Shown here in pieces: positions 9,039 through 20,600 of a stretch of DNA of 64,000 nucleotides. The notes beneath the pieces are model-generated. The model was not told the origin of the DNA, made no database searches, and saw only the letters and a program-made list of their open reading frames with translations. Position numbers and translations under genes: made by a program. The stretch's first letter is position 1. Each line of letters starts with the position of its first letter. The stretch covers positions 77,887 through 141,886 of IMG/VR virus record IMGVR_UViG_3300013383_000017. One strand, written 5' to 3'. Origin of the DNA: a virus. Lineage: Duplodnaviria > Caudoviricetes.

Positions 9039-12000
9039 ATGGCAAATGGAAATTATTACTTAAACCAGACTGCTGATAGTGACGGTCAGTTTGAAACTGA
9101 AAAATGGGCTACAACTAACACTGATAAAACCCAATCTAATGAAGGTGTGTTTTATATGAATACTGAAGATGTCCTTCCTACTTTTGTAGGAAGGCATTTT
9201 AATGGAACTACATCTGATTCTAATGCTGCTGGAAGAGTTATTAACTGGGATAAATATGAATCTGAAGGTTATACGGATTTAGAAATTTTAGCAGCTAATC
9301 AAAAAAATAAAGAAAGAATAGGTAGTGCATTAGTTAATAATGTTGTTACCTTTGGTAGTACTTTATTTAATAGTACTGCAGGTCTTGTTTGGGGATTACT
9401 AGACGCTGCTATTAATTGGGATATTACAAGATTAGCAGATAATGCTTTAACAAGAGAAGCTCATAAATGGATAGAGGATGCTAACTATAATAATCCTATA
9501 TATCAAAGAAAAGGATTTGAAGATTTAAATGCTTTACAGAGATTGGGTACTACAGAGTTTTGGGCACAAACTATACAAAGTTTAGGATTTACAGAGGGAG
9601 CAATAGTGGCTTCTTTATTGCCCGGTGGTATATTAGCTAGAGCACCTAGATTTATAGGTATGGGATTATCTTCATTAAGTAGTTCTACAGGTGAAGGTAC
9701 AGTAGAGGCTCTTTATGCTAAGGATGATAAAATAAAATTAGAAAAAACATTAGCTATAGATGCATATAATAGAGCTAGAAAAAATATACAATATTTACCA
9801 GAAGAAGATAGACAAGAAGCTTATAATAGTCTTGAAAATAAATTAAATATAGCTTTAAATGATATCCAAAATGATGGTGATAGAGTTGGTAATGCAGTGT
9901 TGGGATTAAATATTGCATTATTAACAATTACTGGTTTAGCAGAATTTGGTCCTTTAATAAAAAGAGGTATGAGTAAAGCTAGAGCTAGGTCTGCAAAAAA
10001 ATTATTAGAAGCAGGTAATATAGAACAGGCTATAAGTAGGGCAGGTAAACATGTTGAGGGTAACCCATTAACTGTTGTTAGAAGAGGAACTAATGGTGCA
10101 ATAGAGGAAATTGATAGGGTTGGTAAGGGAATATTTTATGCTAAAGAAGGAGCAAAGGTTATTGGGAGAGGTTTAGTAGAAGGATTTGAAGAAATCGGTC
10201 AAGGTATAATACCAAGTGCACTAGATAAATATAGTAAATTTAATAGCTTTAATGATAGTGAATTTAATCCTGAAAAAAGAGAAACTACTAATAATTTCTT
10301 AAATGCAATGTGGCAATCTACATTAGAAGCAATGCATGATCAAAATGTTTTATCCGAGGGATTAAGTGGCTTTGTTACAGGTGTAATAGGTGCACCTATG
10401 ATTAGAAGTTCTAGAAATAGTAAAGGTAATTTCCAGTCTCCTATATATTTACAAGGTGCTTTGCATGAATCTTTTGAAAACATTAGAGATTATAATAAGA
10501 TACAGGGTGATATAGATGTAATTAACAAGAGACTACAAGATCCTAATTTTCAAGAATTTTATAATCACCTAACAAGAAATATTGCTTTTAATGAAGAAAC
10601 TAATGAAGCTATAGCAGAAGATGATATAAAGAAATTAAAAGACAGTGAATTAAAAACAATTATATCAGACATTACTCTTTTTAATAATGTAGGTGCCTTA
10701 AATAATTATAGGCAAATGATAAGAGATATATCTACTCTTAATGATGAACAAATAGATGAATTAATAAAAGAAACAACAGATAAAGATGGTAATGGTCCTT
10801 TTAGTTCTAATGATAATAAAGATGACATTAATATAGTTAGAGATAAACTAAAATCAAATGCTGATTACATTGAGAGTCAAATAGATATGTATGAAAAGTA
10901 TAGTACTTTCTTAGACTCTGTTTTACCTAATCTAGATTCAAAAGTAAGAGAAAATATAATTGCAGCTCATATTACTAATGAAGACTGGTTGCAAAGAAGT
11001 TCTGAATTAAAAGATAAAATATATGATTATTATAAGCATTACCAAGAAAATATAGATTCTAGTAAATTAGAATCAAAAGAAGAATTCTACAAACATAGTA
11101 TTGAGGAACTAAATACTATATTTAAAGAAGTAATAAGAAGAGCTTCTGTATTAGAAAAGAAAGAAATAAATGATACTATTACAGATTTTAATAGAATTAA
11201 TAAGAATATTGAAGACTATAGTACTCAGCTTGAAAACTTTTATAAGGACCCATCTCAATATGTTAAACAGAGAGAGAGGAAAGTGGAAAGAAAAAAACAA
11301 GAAGTACAAAATAACAGTAAACAAGATAAATTAAGTAGAATTGATAATGCTACCTCTTTTGCTGATATATATAATATAGAACAAGAAGAAACAGAACCAG
11401 ATACTCCTTATGTTGATGCTCATAGTAGTAAAAGTAAAATAGCAAAAGAATATATTAAAACACGGTCTACTTTAAGTGTTATAAATAGAAAAAGTCAAGC
11501 ATTACTAAAAGATAAGTCTGTACCAGAACAGGTAAAAAAAGATATAAAAACTATTATAAATAGAGCTTTTGATTTTACTGATGATAAACAATCTATTAAA
11601 TCTTATAATGATTTAGTTAATATAGATAATTCTTTTTTTAATTCTCAGTTACTACAAGAAGATGGAAAAGATGTAAAACCAGAAGAGTTGCAGAAAAGAT
11701 TTGATGCTGCTATGTCTTTACTTACTCCTATTATTAAACAAGCAGATTCCGAAAATAAAAAAAGACAAAAATTTACTGATAAACAGGGTAATACTCTAGA
11801 ATTAGATGATACCTATACAGGAACAAAAGAGGAGGAAGAATTATTTGATTTTATGGAAAGAAAATCAAGGGAAAAAGCAGATGATTATAGTGATATTGAT
11901 GATTCCATTGCAGATGATGTCCCTAAACCTAAACCTGCGCAACCTAATAATGAAAAAAAGAGGAAGAATAAAAAAGAGGAGAGTGGAGAAGAAAATGGAG

Positions 12001-13559
12001 AAGGTAATGGATTTACTACATATACTGATGAAAATGGTGTTGTGCACTATGTTGACCCTAACAGTGCAGAGCGGAAACAAGATGATAATAGTAAAGAAAG
12101 TATAAAAGAAGGTTCTGGTCAGTTTTCTGGAGATGTAAATATAGATTTACCAGAAGGTTCTTTCTATCCTGCTATATATCAATATGATTTAAGTGAAGCT
12201 AATCCTTTAGATAAAAATGGTAATTATAAAGACATAAACTTTGTACAGCCTAAATATGAAAATTCAGACAAGGTATATACTTATTTAAAAACTAAAGGAC
12301 CAGAAGGCAATGCTTTTGAGTGGGTAAATAATGGAGGATTAAAAAAATATGTAGAAGAAGGTGGTAAAGTATATATTGGTATAGACCCTGAGTTTTCTGA
12401 AACACAACCTGTTTTCTTTGTAAAAATAGGAGATGAATATAAACCAATAAATCTATCTTATGAGAGTCAAGAACAGATAGATAAAAGGGGTCTTACTGAT
12501 ATACATAGAGTTGTAGTAGAGGAATATAATAAAAATAAAGGTAATCTTTATATTAGTCCTTATTTATTTACAGTTAGTAATATAGCAAGAGGTAGATTAC
12601 CTATCAAGGTAAATCAAAAGTTTAATTTAAAAGATGTTATAGGTACAACTACTGACCCTTTTTCTTTATCAATAGTTATTGATAAGTATGCTATGAATCC
12701 ATACTCAGGTAGGGCTTATATTAAAATAAAGACAGCTAATAGTAATATGCCTATTAGTGTTCCTATTATGCCTATTAGATATAAAGATAGGGATTTAAAT
12801 TCTAATAATAGTTATTTAGATAAAGTAGATACTGTAGTGCGTAATTTTGTTACTGAGGTTACTTCTTTTGCTGTAGGTTTAGGAAATATAGAAGATGTAT
12901 TAAAATTGTTAAATAAATTAAAACCATATATTCTTATAGAAGACTTAGAACTATTTGTATCTAATGATGTTTTATATTTTGCAAAAAAATTAAGAGATGA
13001 AAATGGTAATATTATTAAAAAAGCAAATGGATATGATGCCACAAAAATAATAGGTAGTACTGATGCTATTAATTCAAGAGATGCTGCTGTTGATTTAGTT
13101 AATGCTGTTTTAGGTGATTTTAAATTTGTAATTAATAAGGATTCTAATATCTTTAAATTAGAAGAAGCAGCAGAAGCAGGTATCTTATATTGTTTTACTC
13201 CTAGCTTGCAATCTCAAATGTCTTTTTATAGTCTTAAAGCAGAGAGTAGAATTGCAGAACAGAAACCAGTAGAAGGAAATAATGAGGATAGCACAAAAGC
13301 AGATGAACAAAAACCTAATAGTATTATACAAAGAAAAGAAAGAAAAGCAAGAGTACAACAAGAACATGAAGTTGAAGGAGAAATACATAAAGCATCAAAC
13401 TTAAATAATAATAATGATTCTAACGCTGTTATAAGTATGGATGAAGAAAGAAATAAAAGTATGGATAATCAACCAAGAGAAGCTCCTGTAGAGAGTAAAT
13501 CAGCTGCTTTAAGTAATAAAGAAGAGGAATACATAAATAATTGTGATTTTCCGTTTTAA
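9039..13559 (+). CDS. Large virion cargo/ejection protein with hydrophobic segments
   Basis: 1506 aa; N-terminal Gly-rich hydrophobic helices, EGFEEIGQG motif, coiled-coil and acidic linkers; synteny. Confidence 0.6.
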   Translation: MANGNYYLNQTADSDGQFETEKWATTNTDKTQSNEGVFYMNTEDVLPTFVGRHFNGTTSDSNAAGRVINWDKYESEGYTDLEILAANQKNKERIGSALVNNVVTFGSTLFNSTAGLVWGLLDAAINWDITRLADNALTREAHKWIEDANYNNPIYQRKGFEDLNALQRLGTTEFWAQTIQSLGFTEGAIVASLLPGGILARAPRFIGMGLSSLSSSTGEGTVEALYAKDDKIKLEKTLAIDAYNRARKNIQYLPEEDRQEAYNSLENKLNIALNDIQNDGDRVGNAVLGLNIALLTITGLAEFGPLIKRGMSKARARSAKKLLEAGNIEQAISRAGKHVEGNPLTVVRRGTNGAIEEIDRVGKGIFYAKEGAKVIGRGLVEGFEEIGQGIIPSALDKYSKFNSFNDSEFNPEKRETTNNFLNAMWQSTLEAMHDQNVLSEGLSGFVTGVIGAPMIRSSRNSKGNFQSPIYLQGALHESFENIRDYNKIQGDIDVINKRLQDPNFQEFYNHLTRNIAFNEETNEAIAEDDIKKLKDSELKTIISDITLFNNVGALNNYRQMIRDISTLNDEQIDELIKETTDKDGNGPFSSNDNKDDINIVRDKLKSNADYIESQIDMYEKYSTFLDSVLPNLDSKVRENIIAAHITNEDWLQRSSELKDKIYDYYKHYQENIDSSKLESKEEFYKHSIEELNTIFKEVIRRASVLEKKEINDTITDFNRINKNIEDYSTQLENFYKDPSQYVKQRERKVERKKQEVQNNSKQDKLSRIDNATSFADIYNIEQEETEPDTPYVDAHSSKSKIAKEYIKTRSTLSVINRKSQALLKDKSVPEQVKKDIKTIINRAFDFTDDKQSIKSYNDLVNIDNSFFNSQLLQEDGKDVKPEELQKRFDAAMSLLTPIIKQADSENKKRQKFTDKQGNTLELDDTYTGTKEEEELFDFMERKSREKADDYSDIDDSIADDVPKPKPAQPNNEKKRKNKKEESGEENGEGNGFTTYTDENGVVHYVDPNSAERKQDDNSKESIKEGSGQFSGDVNIDLPEGSFYPAIYQYDLSEANPLDKNGNYKDINFVQPKYENSDKVYTYLKTKGPEGNAFEWVNNGGLKKYVEEGGKVYIGIDPEFSETQPVFFVKIGDEYKPINLSYESQEQIDKRGLTDIHRVVVEEYNKNKGNLYISPYLFTVSNIARGRLPIKVNQKFNLKDVIGTTTDPFSLSIVIDKYAMNPYSGRAYIKIKTANSNMPISVPIMPIRYKDRDLNSNNSYLDKVDTVVRNFVTEVTSFAVGLGNIEDVLKLLNKLKPYILIEDLELFVSNDVLYFAKKLRDENGNIIKKANGYDATKIIGSTDAINSRDAAVDLVNAVLGDFKFVINKDSNIFKLEEAAEAGILYCFTPSLQSQMSFYSLKAESRIAEQKPVEGNNEDSTKADEQKPNSIIQRKERKARVQQEHEVEGEIHKASNLNNNNDSNAVISMDEERNKSMDNQPREAPVESKSAALSNKEEEYINNCDFPF

Positions 13560-13570
13560 ATACTATATAT

Positions 13571-13612
13571 AAAAATAAAGGTGAGGATTTATATAATCCC
13601 CACCTTTTTTGT
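13571..13612. terminator. Bidirectional intrinsic terminator between convergent operons
   Basis: AAAAATAAAGGTGAGGATT-tatat-AATCCCCACCTTTTTT with an A tract before and a T tract after. Confidence 0.85.
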
Positions 13613-13627
13613 TTATAGTCATATTTT

Positions 13628-16600
13628 TTATTTATTAAAGTATCTTTCTGCTATTTCTGGATGTAATAATCTATATATTGTTTTATTCATAGGTACAAAG
13701 GGACTATTCATTAATGCTCTATAACCTTTTGATTTTCCTTTAAATCTTCCAGATTCTATCTTTTCTCCAAACCAATTAGGTAAATATAATGCTTCTTTTA
13801 TCGATCCTATACTTTCTAATGTTCTAGTTGCTGCCATAGGAGAAGCAATGATATCTCCTAATTCTCTTGTAACACCAAAAGGAGTAAATGCTTTTATTTC
13901 AGTTTTTAATCTCCTACTCATATATATAAGTAATCTTTCTCCCCAAGGATTATCTTTTTTATCTTTATCACCCGTTAATGCAGCAGTAACACCTGTTAAT
14001 ACTATTACTGTTATTAATTCATTTAAAGCTCTTGCTATATTAGATTTTTGAAAATCTTCCATCTGATCCCAATGAAGACTTATTTGTAGTCCCATATCTT
14101 TGGAATCTTTAATAGTACTATATATAAACTTCCACAAAGATACATAATAACCTTCATGTTCTTCTGCAGTATCAAAATTATATAGTGTTTCTTTTGATGT
14201 TATACCTCCATATTTTCTATTTAGAGCTGGTACAATATACTTTCTAAACATCATTATTAAAGCACCTATTGCTGTTTTTTGTAAAGCATTTTTATCTGCT
14301 TTATTATAAATACCATATAAATCATGGTTTACTCCCCACACTCTTTTTTTGAAGTTATTTTCTTCTTCTCTTGTTAACTCTACACCATCTATTGTACCTA
14401 AATATTTCTCACCATTCTCATCAGTTTTAACTTCTAATGCATCCCATAAAGATATCTCTTTACCATCATTTGTTTTTACTTTAGTATACATTGCTTGTGC
14501 TAATGCTGTCCTACTTTCGCCCCAATGCGCACCTGCAGACATTAAAAAATAAAGACTATTTTCTGATAATAATTTTCTTACCTTTGGTGTTTTAAATTTA
14601 TAATTAAATATATCATTTTCATAATTATGAAGAACATCAAATTTTTCAAGGAATAATCCAAGTTTATTTGTTTTATTTATTTCCCCAAATTCTCCTATAA
14701 CTTTTAATATATTTTTTCTATAGTACTTATCTGCTGAATATAAAGATTTTGCATCAAAATAAGCCTTTCCTCCCTTTACCATACTAGCAGCAACTTCAGA
14801 ATTTACTTGAATAATATCATTACCAACAGCTGCAATAGCAGCTAATGCATTTAATGCTAAAGAGTTAAGAGCAGTTAATTTATTTAATAGTCCTGCAACT
14901 TTAGATAAGTTTATATTAGTATTCTTAATTTGTACACTTGCATCACTTAAATATCTTCCGTAGAGTTGTGTTTCTAATAGTTCGTTATATTTAGCTACAA
15001 AATTATTATTTTCAGTTTTAAATATTTTCTGTACTAATTTTATACCTTTTGTTTTTATAGTTTCATTTCCTTTTTCTTCTGCAACTCTTTCATTCATAGG
15101 TGTTCTACCTAATTCTAATATATCAACTATATCAGACATTTCTTCATAATTTATAGCCATATCAGCAAAAGCAAGCATTGTAGATACCGTATCTCTATTT
15201 AAATTACTTTCATCTATAGCAGATGTAAAAAATATAGGAAGAGTGTATTTTTCAGAACCATCAAAATTTTTATATTTACCACCACTACCAAAATTTGTAT
15301 CAGATAAATGAGATGTTACAGATTGCTTTGCGGCTTCTCTTATTTTTCCCCACCACTCTTTAGGGTTTGTTTCTTTTAATCTCAAATATAAATCTTTTTG
15401 CATTTGTACAGCTAGCATTGGATCATTACTTAGTATTTGAGGAGGTAGTTTGCTTAACATATTCACTCTTATTTGCATAAAAGTATTATAGTAATCTAAC
15501 TGTTCATCTGATAAATTGTAATCTTTTTGTATATCTACACTATATTTAAGTGGGGATGGATCCCCCTCATAAGTAGTATTATCTCTATACCAAGCATTTA
15601 AATCTTGATTATAATCTTTCCAATCTCCTTTTTCTATATCTCTTTTATACTTTTCATATAGTTCTTTCTTAAAAGAATTTAAAGTATCATAATATAAAGT
15701 CCAGTTGGTATTAGATATATATCTACCACTCATACTACCATCTTTATGTCTTTCAAACATAAAAGAATCATCTAATCCTTTTTCTTTTAATTTATTATAT
15801 TTTGCTACAAGTACTCTTTTTAGTTCCTGTACTTTAGTTCTTGTATTGTCTTTCTTTTCTTTTATAGCAGCATCTACTATTTGTATTAATAAGTCATTAG
15901 TATTAGCTGCAGATTGTATATATCTATCAATAATAGTTATATCCTGTTTAGCTGTTTCTAATAAGCTATCTATTATATCTTTTGTTAGTACTTTTTTCCC
16001 TTCTTTAGTTGATACTTTTATTCCTTCTTCTGGGAAATACTCTTTTAAAAAAGTAGAAAAAGCACTAAAAGCAGCTTTTTTATATTCTGATTCTAGGATA
16101 CCTAAATCTTCATTCAAACTATGTAAATAAGAAGAAATTTGAGGTTCTAATTTTAAATCACCATCAAATGTTTCTTTGGCTATTAAATCTCTTACTGTAG
16201 GATATATAGAATCTATAAATATTTTTATAGTATTTAATTGATAAGCAGCTTCTTTTATATTTAAATCAGAATTAATAATTCCTTTCATTTTATCTGTATA
16301 AGTAGATAGATTCTCAAAAGATTTTTGTATAAAAGATACTATACCAATATCAAACTCTTCTTTTGCTAGATTTTCTTTTTCTTCTAAAATAAAAGATTCA
16401 ACATCAAATATATAATCTGCTAATTTATCATTTAGTTCCTCTTTTTCTTTTTCTGTTTTTGCTTTTAGCATTTTATCTTGAAGACTCTTTCTATAGAAGT
16501 CATATTTCTTTATTTCATTACTTAAAATTCTTGTTAGTATTTCTTTTTTGGATGTTGTTTTACTTTGTAAGTTATATAAAGAATCTAGTTTTTTTAGGTT

Positions 16601-17668
16601 GTTTAATTGTTCTTTTTTTACATCTATATCTTCTGTTATAAATTTACCTATATCACTAGCTATACTTTGTGCTTCTGTTAATGCATCTATAAAATCTTCT
16701 TTTTTAAATGTTTTTCTAATAAACTCTTTAATTGAATTTATTACTCTACTAATTATACCTTGATAGTTAGTGTTTTGTTTTTTGTCTAAAAACCAAGATT
16801 GATATATTAATTTACCTGCTACTTCTCTTATTAATGTTTCCTCATTATTAGAATACTTTTTAGTATATTCTTCATATTCTTCTCCTAATACCTCTCTAAT
16901 TAATGTTGGGTTTTTAGATAATAAGGTAAATAATCTTCGTACCAGAGGATTATCACTATTTATATCTACAGCAAAGTGAGCAAACTCTTCTGGAAGAGCA
17001 TTTACACCTGTTTCATTGTTAGCTAATTTAATTAGTCCTATTAAACCTTCTGCTGTATATTCTGCTGTCTTATAATCTACTTTACCACCTATACCAATGC
17101 TTTCTTCTAGTTTTGTTAATCTGTTTATAGTTATTCCTTTATTAGCTAATAGTGTTTCTATACTTTTATTAAGAGTATAATTTATTTTAATATTTTTAGC
17201 TTTAGCTTCATTTATTTTATTTTTTCTTTCTACTTCTACATATAAACCACTATTATCTTGCTTTATAGTAGCTATAAAATCCTTATATGTATTTTCTTCA
17301 TTAAATTTATTAACTTTTTCATATAAAGTCATTACTCCTTTATATGTATTTTCTTCATATTTAAAAGAACCATCTTTGTTAATAGCATCTATCTTTTTAT
17401 TTAATGCTGTAGTAATAACAGCATCATTCAATATTGTATTTACTTCTTTATTTTTTAAAAGACTTTCTATTTTTGGTTCTCCTAATTCGTCTTTTTCTAT
17501 TTTTTGATATTCCCTTGTAAAAGAGGGAGAAGTTACTTTAAAGTAAAGACTTTTAGTAGCTTCTCTACTGTTAGTCAAAGAGAGTAAATCTTTAAATAGT
17601 TTACTCTCTTTTAACTCTCCAGTATTTACATCTTTTTTAAAGGGAAACAAAGTACAATAATTTCCCAT
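13628..17668 (-). CDS. Large virion cargo protein, RNAP-associated, with degenerate zincin-like motif
   Basis: 1346 aa directly downstream of the vRNAP gene; LPEEFAH motif; C-terminal hydrophobic helix. Confidence 0.6.
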   Translation of the reverse strand: MGNYCTLFPFKKDVNTGELKESKLFKDLLSLTNSREATKSLYFKVTSPSFTREYQKIEKDELGEPKIESLLKNKEVNTILNDAVITTALNKKIDAINKDGSFKYEENTYKGVMTLYEKVNKFNEENTYKDFIATIKQDNSGLYVEVERKNKINEAKAKNIKINYTLNKSIETLLANKGITINRLTKLEESIGIGGKVDYKTAEYTAEGLIGLIKLANNETGVNALPEEFAHFAVDINSDNPLVRRLFTLLSKNPTLIREVLGEEYEEYTKKYSNNEETLIREVAGKLIYQSWFLDKKQNTNYQGIISRVINSIKEFIRKTFKKEDFIDALTEAQSIASDIGKFITEDIDVKKEQLNNLKKLDSLYNLQSKTTSKKEILTRILSNEIKKYDFYRKSLQDKMLKAKTEKEKEELNDKLADYIFDVESFILEEKENLAKEEFDIGIVSFIQKSFENLSTYTDKMKGIINSDLNIKEAAYQLNTIKIFIDSIYPTVRDLIAKETFDGDLKLEPQISSYLHSLNEDLGILESEYKKAAFSAFSTFLKEYFPEEGIKVSTKEGKKVLTKDIIDSLLETAKQDITIIDRYIQSAANTNDLLIQIVDAAIKEKKDNTRTKVQELKRVLVAKYNKLKEKGLDDSFMFERHKDGSMSGRYISNTNWTLYYDTLNSFKKELYEKYKRDIEKGDWKDYNQDLNAWYRDNTTYEGDPSPLKYSVDIQKDYNLSDEQLDYYNTFMQIRVNMLSKLPPQILSNDPMLAVQMQKDLYLRLKETNPKEWWGKIREAAKQSVTSHLSDTNFGSGGKYKNFDGSEKYTLPIFFTSAIDESNLNRDTVSTMLAFADMAINYEEMSDIVDILELGRTPMNERVAEEKGNETIKTKGIKLVQKIFKTENNNFVAKYNELLETQLYGRYLSDASVQIKNTNINLSKVAGLLNKLTALNSLALNALAAIAAVGNDIIQVNSEVAASMVKGGKAYFDAKSLYSADKYYRKNILKVIGEFGEINKTNKLGLFLEKFDVLHNYENDIFNYKFKTPKVRKLLSENSLYFLMSAGAHWGESRTALAQAMYTKVKTNDGKEISLWDALEVKTDENGEKYLGTIDGVELTREEENNFKKRVWGVNHDLYGIYNKADKNALQKTAIGALIMMFRKYIVPALNRKYGGITSKETLYNFDTAEEHEGYYVSLWKFIYSTIKDSKDMGLQISLHWDQMEDFQKSNIARALNELITVIVLTGVTAALTGDKDKKDNPWGERLLIYMSRRLKTEIKAFTPFGVTRELGDIIASPMAATRTLESIGSIKEALYLPNWFGEKIESGRFKGKSKGYRALMNSPFVPMNKTIYRLLHPEIAERYFNK

Positions 17669-17681
17669 TTTTATAATCTAA

Positions 17682-20600
17682 TTAACACATTTCTACAAAT
17701 TCACCATTTTCATCAAGCACTGTATTTTCTTGATTCTCCCTAGCACTCACTTTATCTGCACTACTAAGGAGCATGTCAATAATAGGATTATCACCTTCCA
17801 TTACAAAGTCATCTGATTCATTATCATTAACATCATTAGTTTCATCAGCTAATTTTTCAATGTCACTTGTACTTGCATCTCCTATAAATTCACCATTCTC
17901 AGATTCTTCTTGTGACACTGCCTGTTCATTTGTATTAGAATTATTATCTTGTAATAAAGTGTCTCTTATCGTTTTTTCTACAACTTCTTGACAATAGTAC
18001 TCTCTTAATTTACTATCACCCATCTTTTGTATTCTTTCATAAGTACACACAACTTTATCTCCTTTCTTCTCTTCACTTACCTTTTTATAATAAACAGTAA
18101 CTGTTTCTCCTATTTCAAAAGCAGGTGCTTTTAGTTTTACATAAGTTTTACTTTGTCCTTCTTCAAAAGTAGCTGTTATGGTTTTATATCCATCTATAAG
18201 AGTAACATCATTTTTCTTTTTTCCTATTACACTAAATAAGAAATTATCATACAAATGATTAGCCATAAATTGTTTATTAAAAGAACTGACTAATGCTTCA
18301 TTTTGTTGTGCATTTAAGTCTTTATTCATAGTAGCACTATATTCCTCTACCTTACTCTTTACTATAGCAGAAATATAAGGCATCAAAGAATTTGGTAAAT
18401 AATTAAATCCATATGTTGTTGCATATAATAATAAGGAAACTCCTAATCTATGTAAGTCTTTATTATTAGAAGTGAGTAATTTATACCAAGCATCTTTAAT
18501 ATTTTCAATTTGGGTTCTATTAACACCATAGTCTTTACTAAACCCAATTCTTTGACCTATCACAGAATTATTATAAATATAAACTTTTATATTATTTAAT
18601 AAAGCATTTGTTCTAAATTCTTCTGGGTATTTCTCTTGCATCTCTGCTAATACATTAGGAACTTTCTGCAATAATTCTATATAATCATATGAAAATGATG
18701 GAGTTCCTCTTAAAAGGAATAGATAGTAATCATTTATATATTGATCTATAAATTTAGCTAATTCATCTGTACTTGTATATGTAATATCTGTTTCTGCTAA
18801 TAAATCAAGAGCATTTTGTAGTACTGCTTTAATCTTTACATGTTTTAATAATTGATTATTTCCCATTACTAAACCACATTTAGTAGCTGCATAAACAAAA
18901 GGAATAGGTTGTTCCATAATCTCTTTAATTAAATCATCTATACTGTTTGGATTTTGTTCTAACATGGAGTCTATATTAACCATGTTAGTAACAATATTAC
19001 CTTTTTTATCTGCACTATCCAAACTATTTTTAAGTTTTAAAAGAGTAGCTACAGTTTGTCCTAATGTAGGTCCAGCTTCATTAGATTGGGCATCCCCTCT
19101 TGCTGCTAATGTATAACTATTTAATGTTCCACCATAGCTCTGAATTACCTCATTTAATACATGTATTGTCTTTGCTAGAGATGCATTACTATCTATTTCT
19201 AAATAACCCGGTGTTTCTACCATTTTACTTAATATAATAATATCCTCTAGTTTTACACTATTAATAGCACGATATAAACTCTTCCTTTCATCATCACTAA
19301 TTTCAAGTTTTTTATATTCACTATTTTTTTCTAGTGTAGACATTGCCTTAACATATTTCAAAACTACTTTAAGTGGTATACCTGCTCTTAATAAGAAGTT
19401 AGTTACATTTCCTGTATTAGGATTGTGACCCAAAGAATATAAGGTAGGATTAGATGCATTATCTACTGAAGCACCAATACCTTCTGCTATATTACTACTA
19501 ATTAGAGTACCTTCCTTATCATATATATCATCAATTTTACTAATTGTATATCCTAAGAATGTAAAAGGTTTTTTTGTTTTAGTAGTGGTTAATTCTCCTA
19601 TATTATGTCCTGCTGCAGCTACAGCATTAATACCAATCATCTTATCTCCTAAATTAAATTGTTCAAAGGTAAATAATTGAGTATTGAAAGATACTAAACT
19701 TTGATTTCTAGAAAGTGCCTGCTCTTTGAGTTTTCTCAGCTCAGATGAAGACATGTTATTTATTTCATTATAAAATTTTGCAACTATCTTTTTTATTTCT
19801 TTAGTATCTGTAATATCTTCTTGCTTAATATTGTAGTATTCTAATATCTGAGGTATACTCATATTATCCATAATATCAGCAATTGTAGCTTCTCTTACAT
19901 AGTCTGAAAAATTACCAACTCTTAAGTTTAAATCTGCAGTATCTTTATTTGTTAAAAACTCAAAAATTAAATCTTTTAACAAAGTATTTCTTTGTGTTTG
20001 AGTAGTTTCTTTATATATTTTTGCATAATCAATACTCCCATCTTCATTAATATAATCTTCTAAATTAACTGTGTCTGCTACTAATTTTTTAGTTTCTTTA
20101 TCATATTTTACTTCTGGTAGTAGCATGAAAACTTTATCAATGTCGAAATCTGAACCTACTATTTTAGTAATCTCAGCTGGTAGCATTATAGAAGAACCCA
20201 TTGTTGCTGGTAGAAAATCTTTAATATAGATAGGTTGCATAGAGTATGCTGCTTCTGTAGGTATTCTATAGCCAACAACCTTTCTTAATTCTTTTGGTAG
20301 TTTATTTACATCTACTTTACCATCTTTAAAGTACTTTCTAAAAAATTTCTTTGCATATACTGGCATGTAGCATTCATAGTATGCTACAGATAGTCCTTCT
20401 ATGCTATTTATATAATTTTCCCAATCTTTTTCTGTTTTATCTTTATTGTTTTTCAACCATTGTTTTTTAGTTGGTAATAATTTACCGTCTTTATCTTTAA
20501 ATCTAATGCTTAAATCATCAGTTTTACCTACTGCAGAAATTTGAACACAAGAAGCCCCAGCCATTTGTTGTCTAGTTACTTTCTTTGAAACAATAGAACT

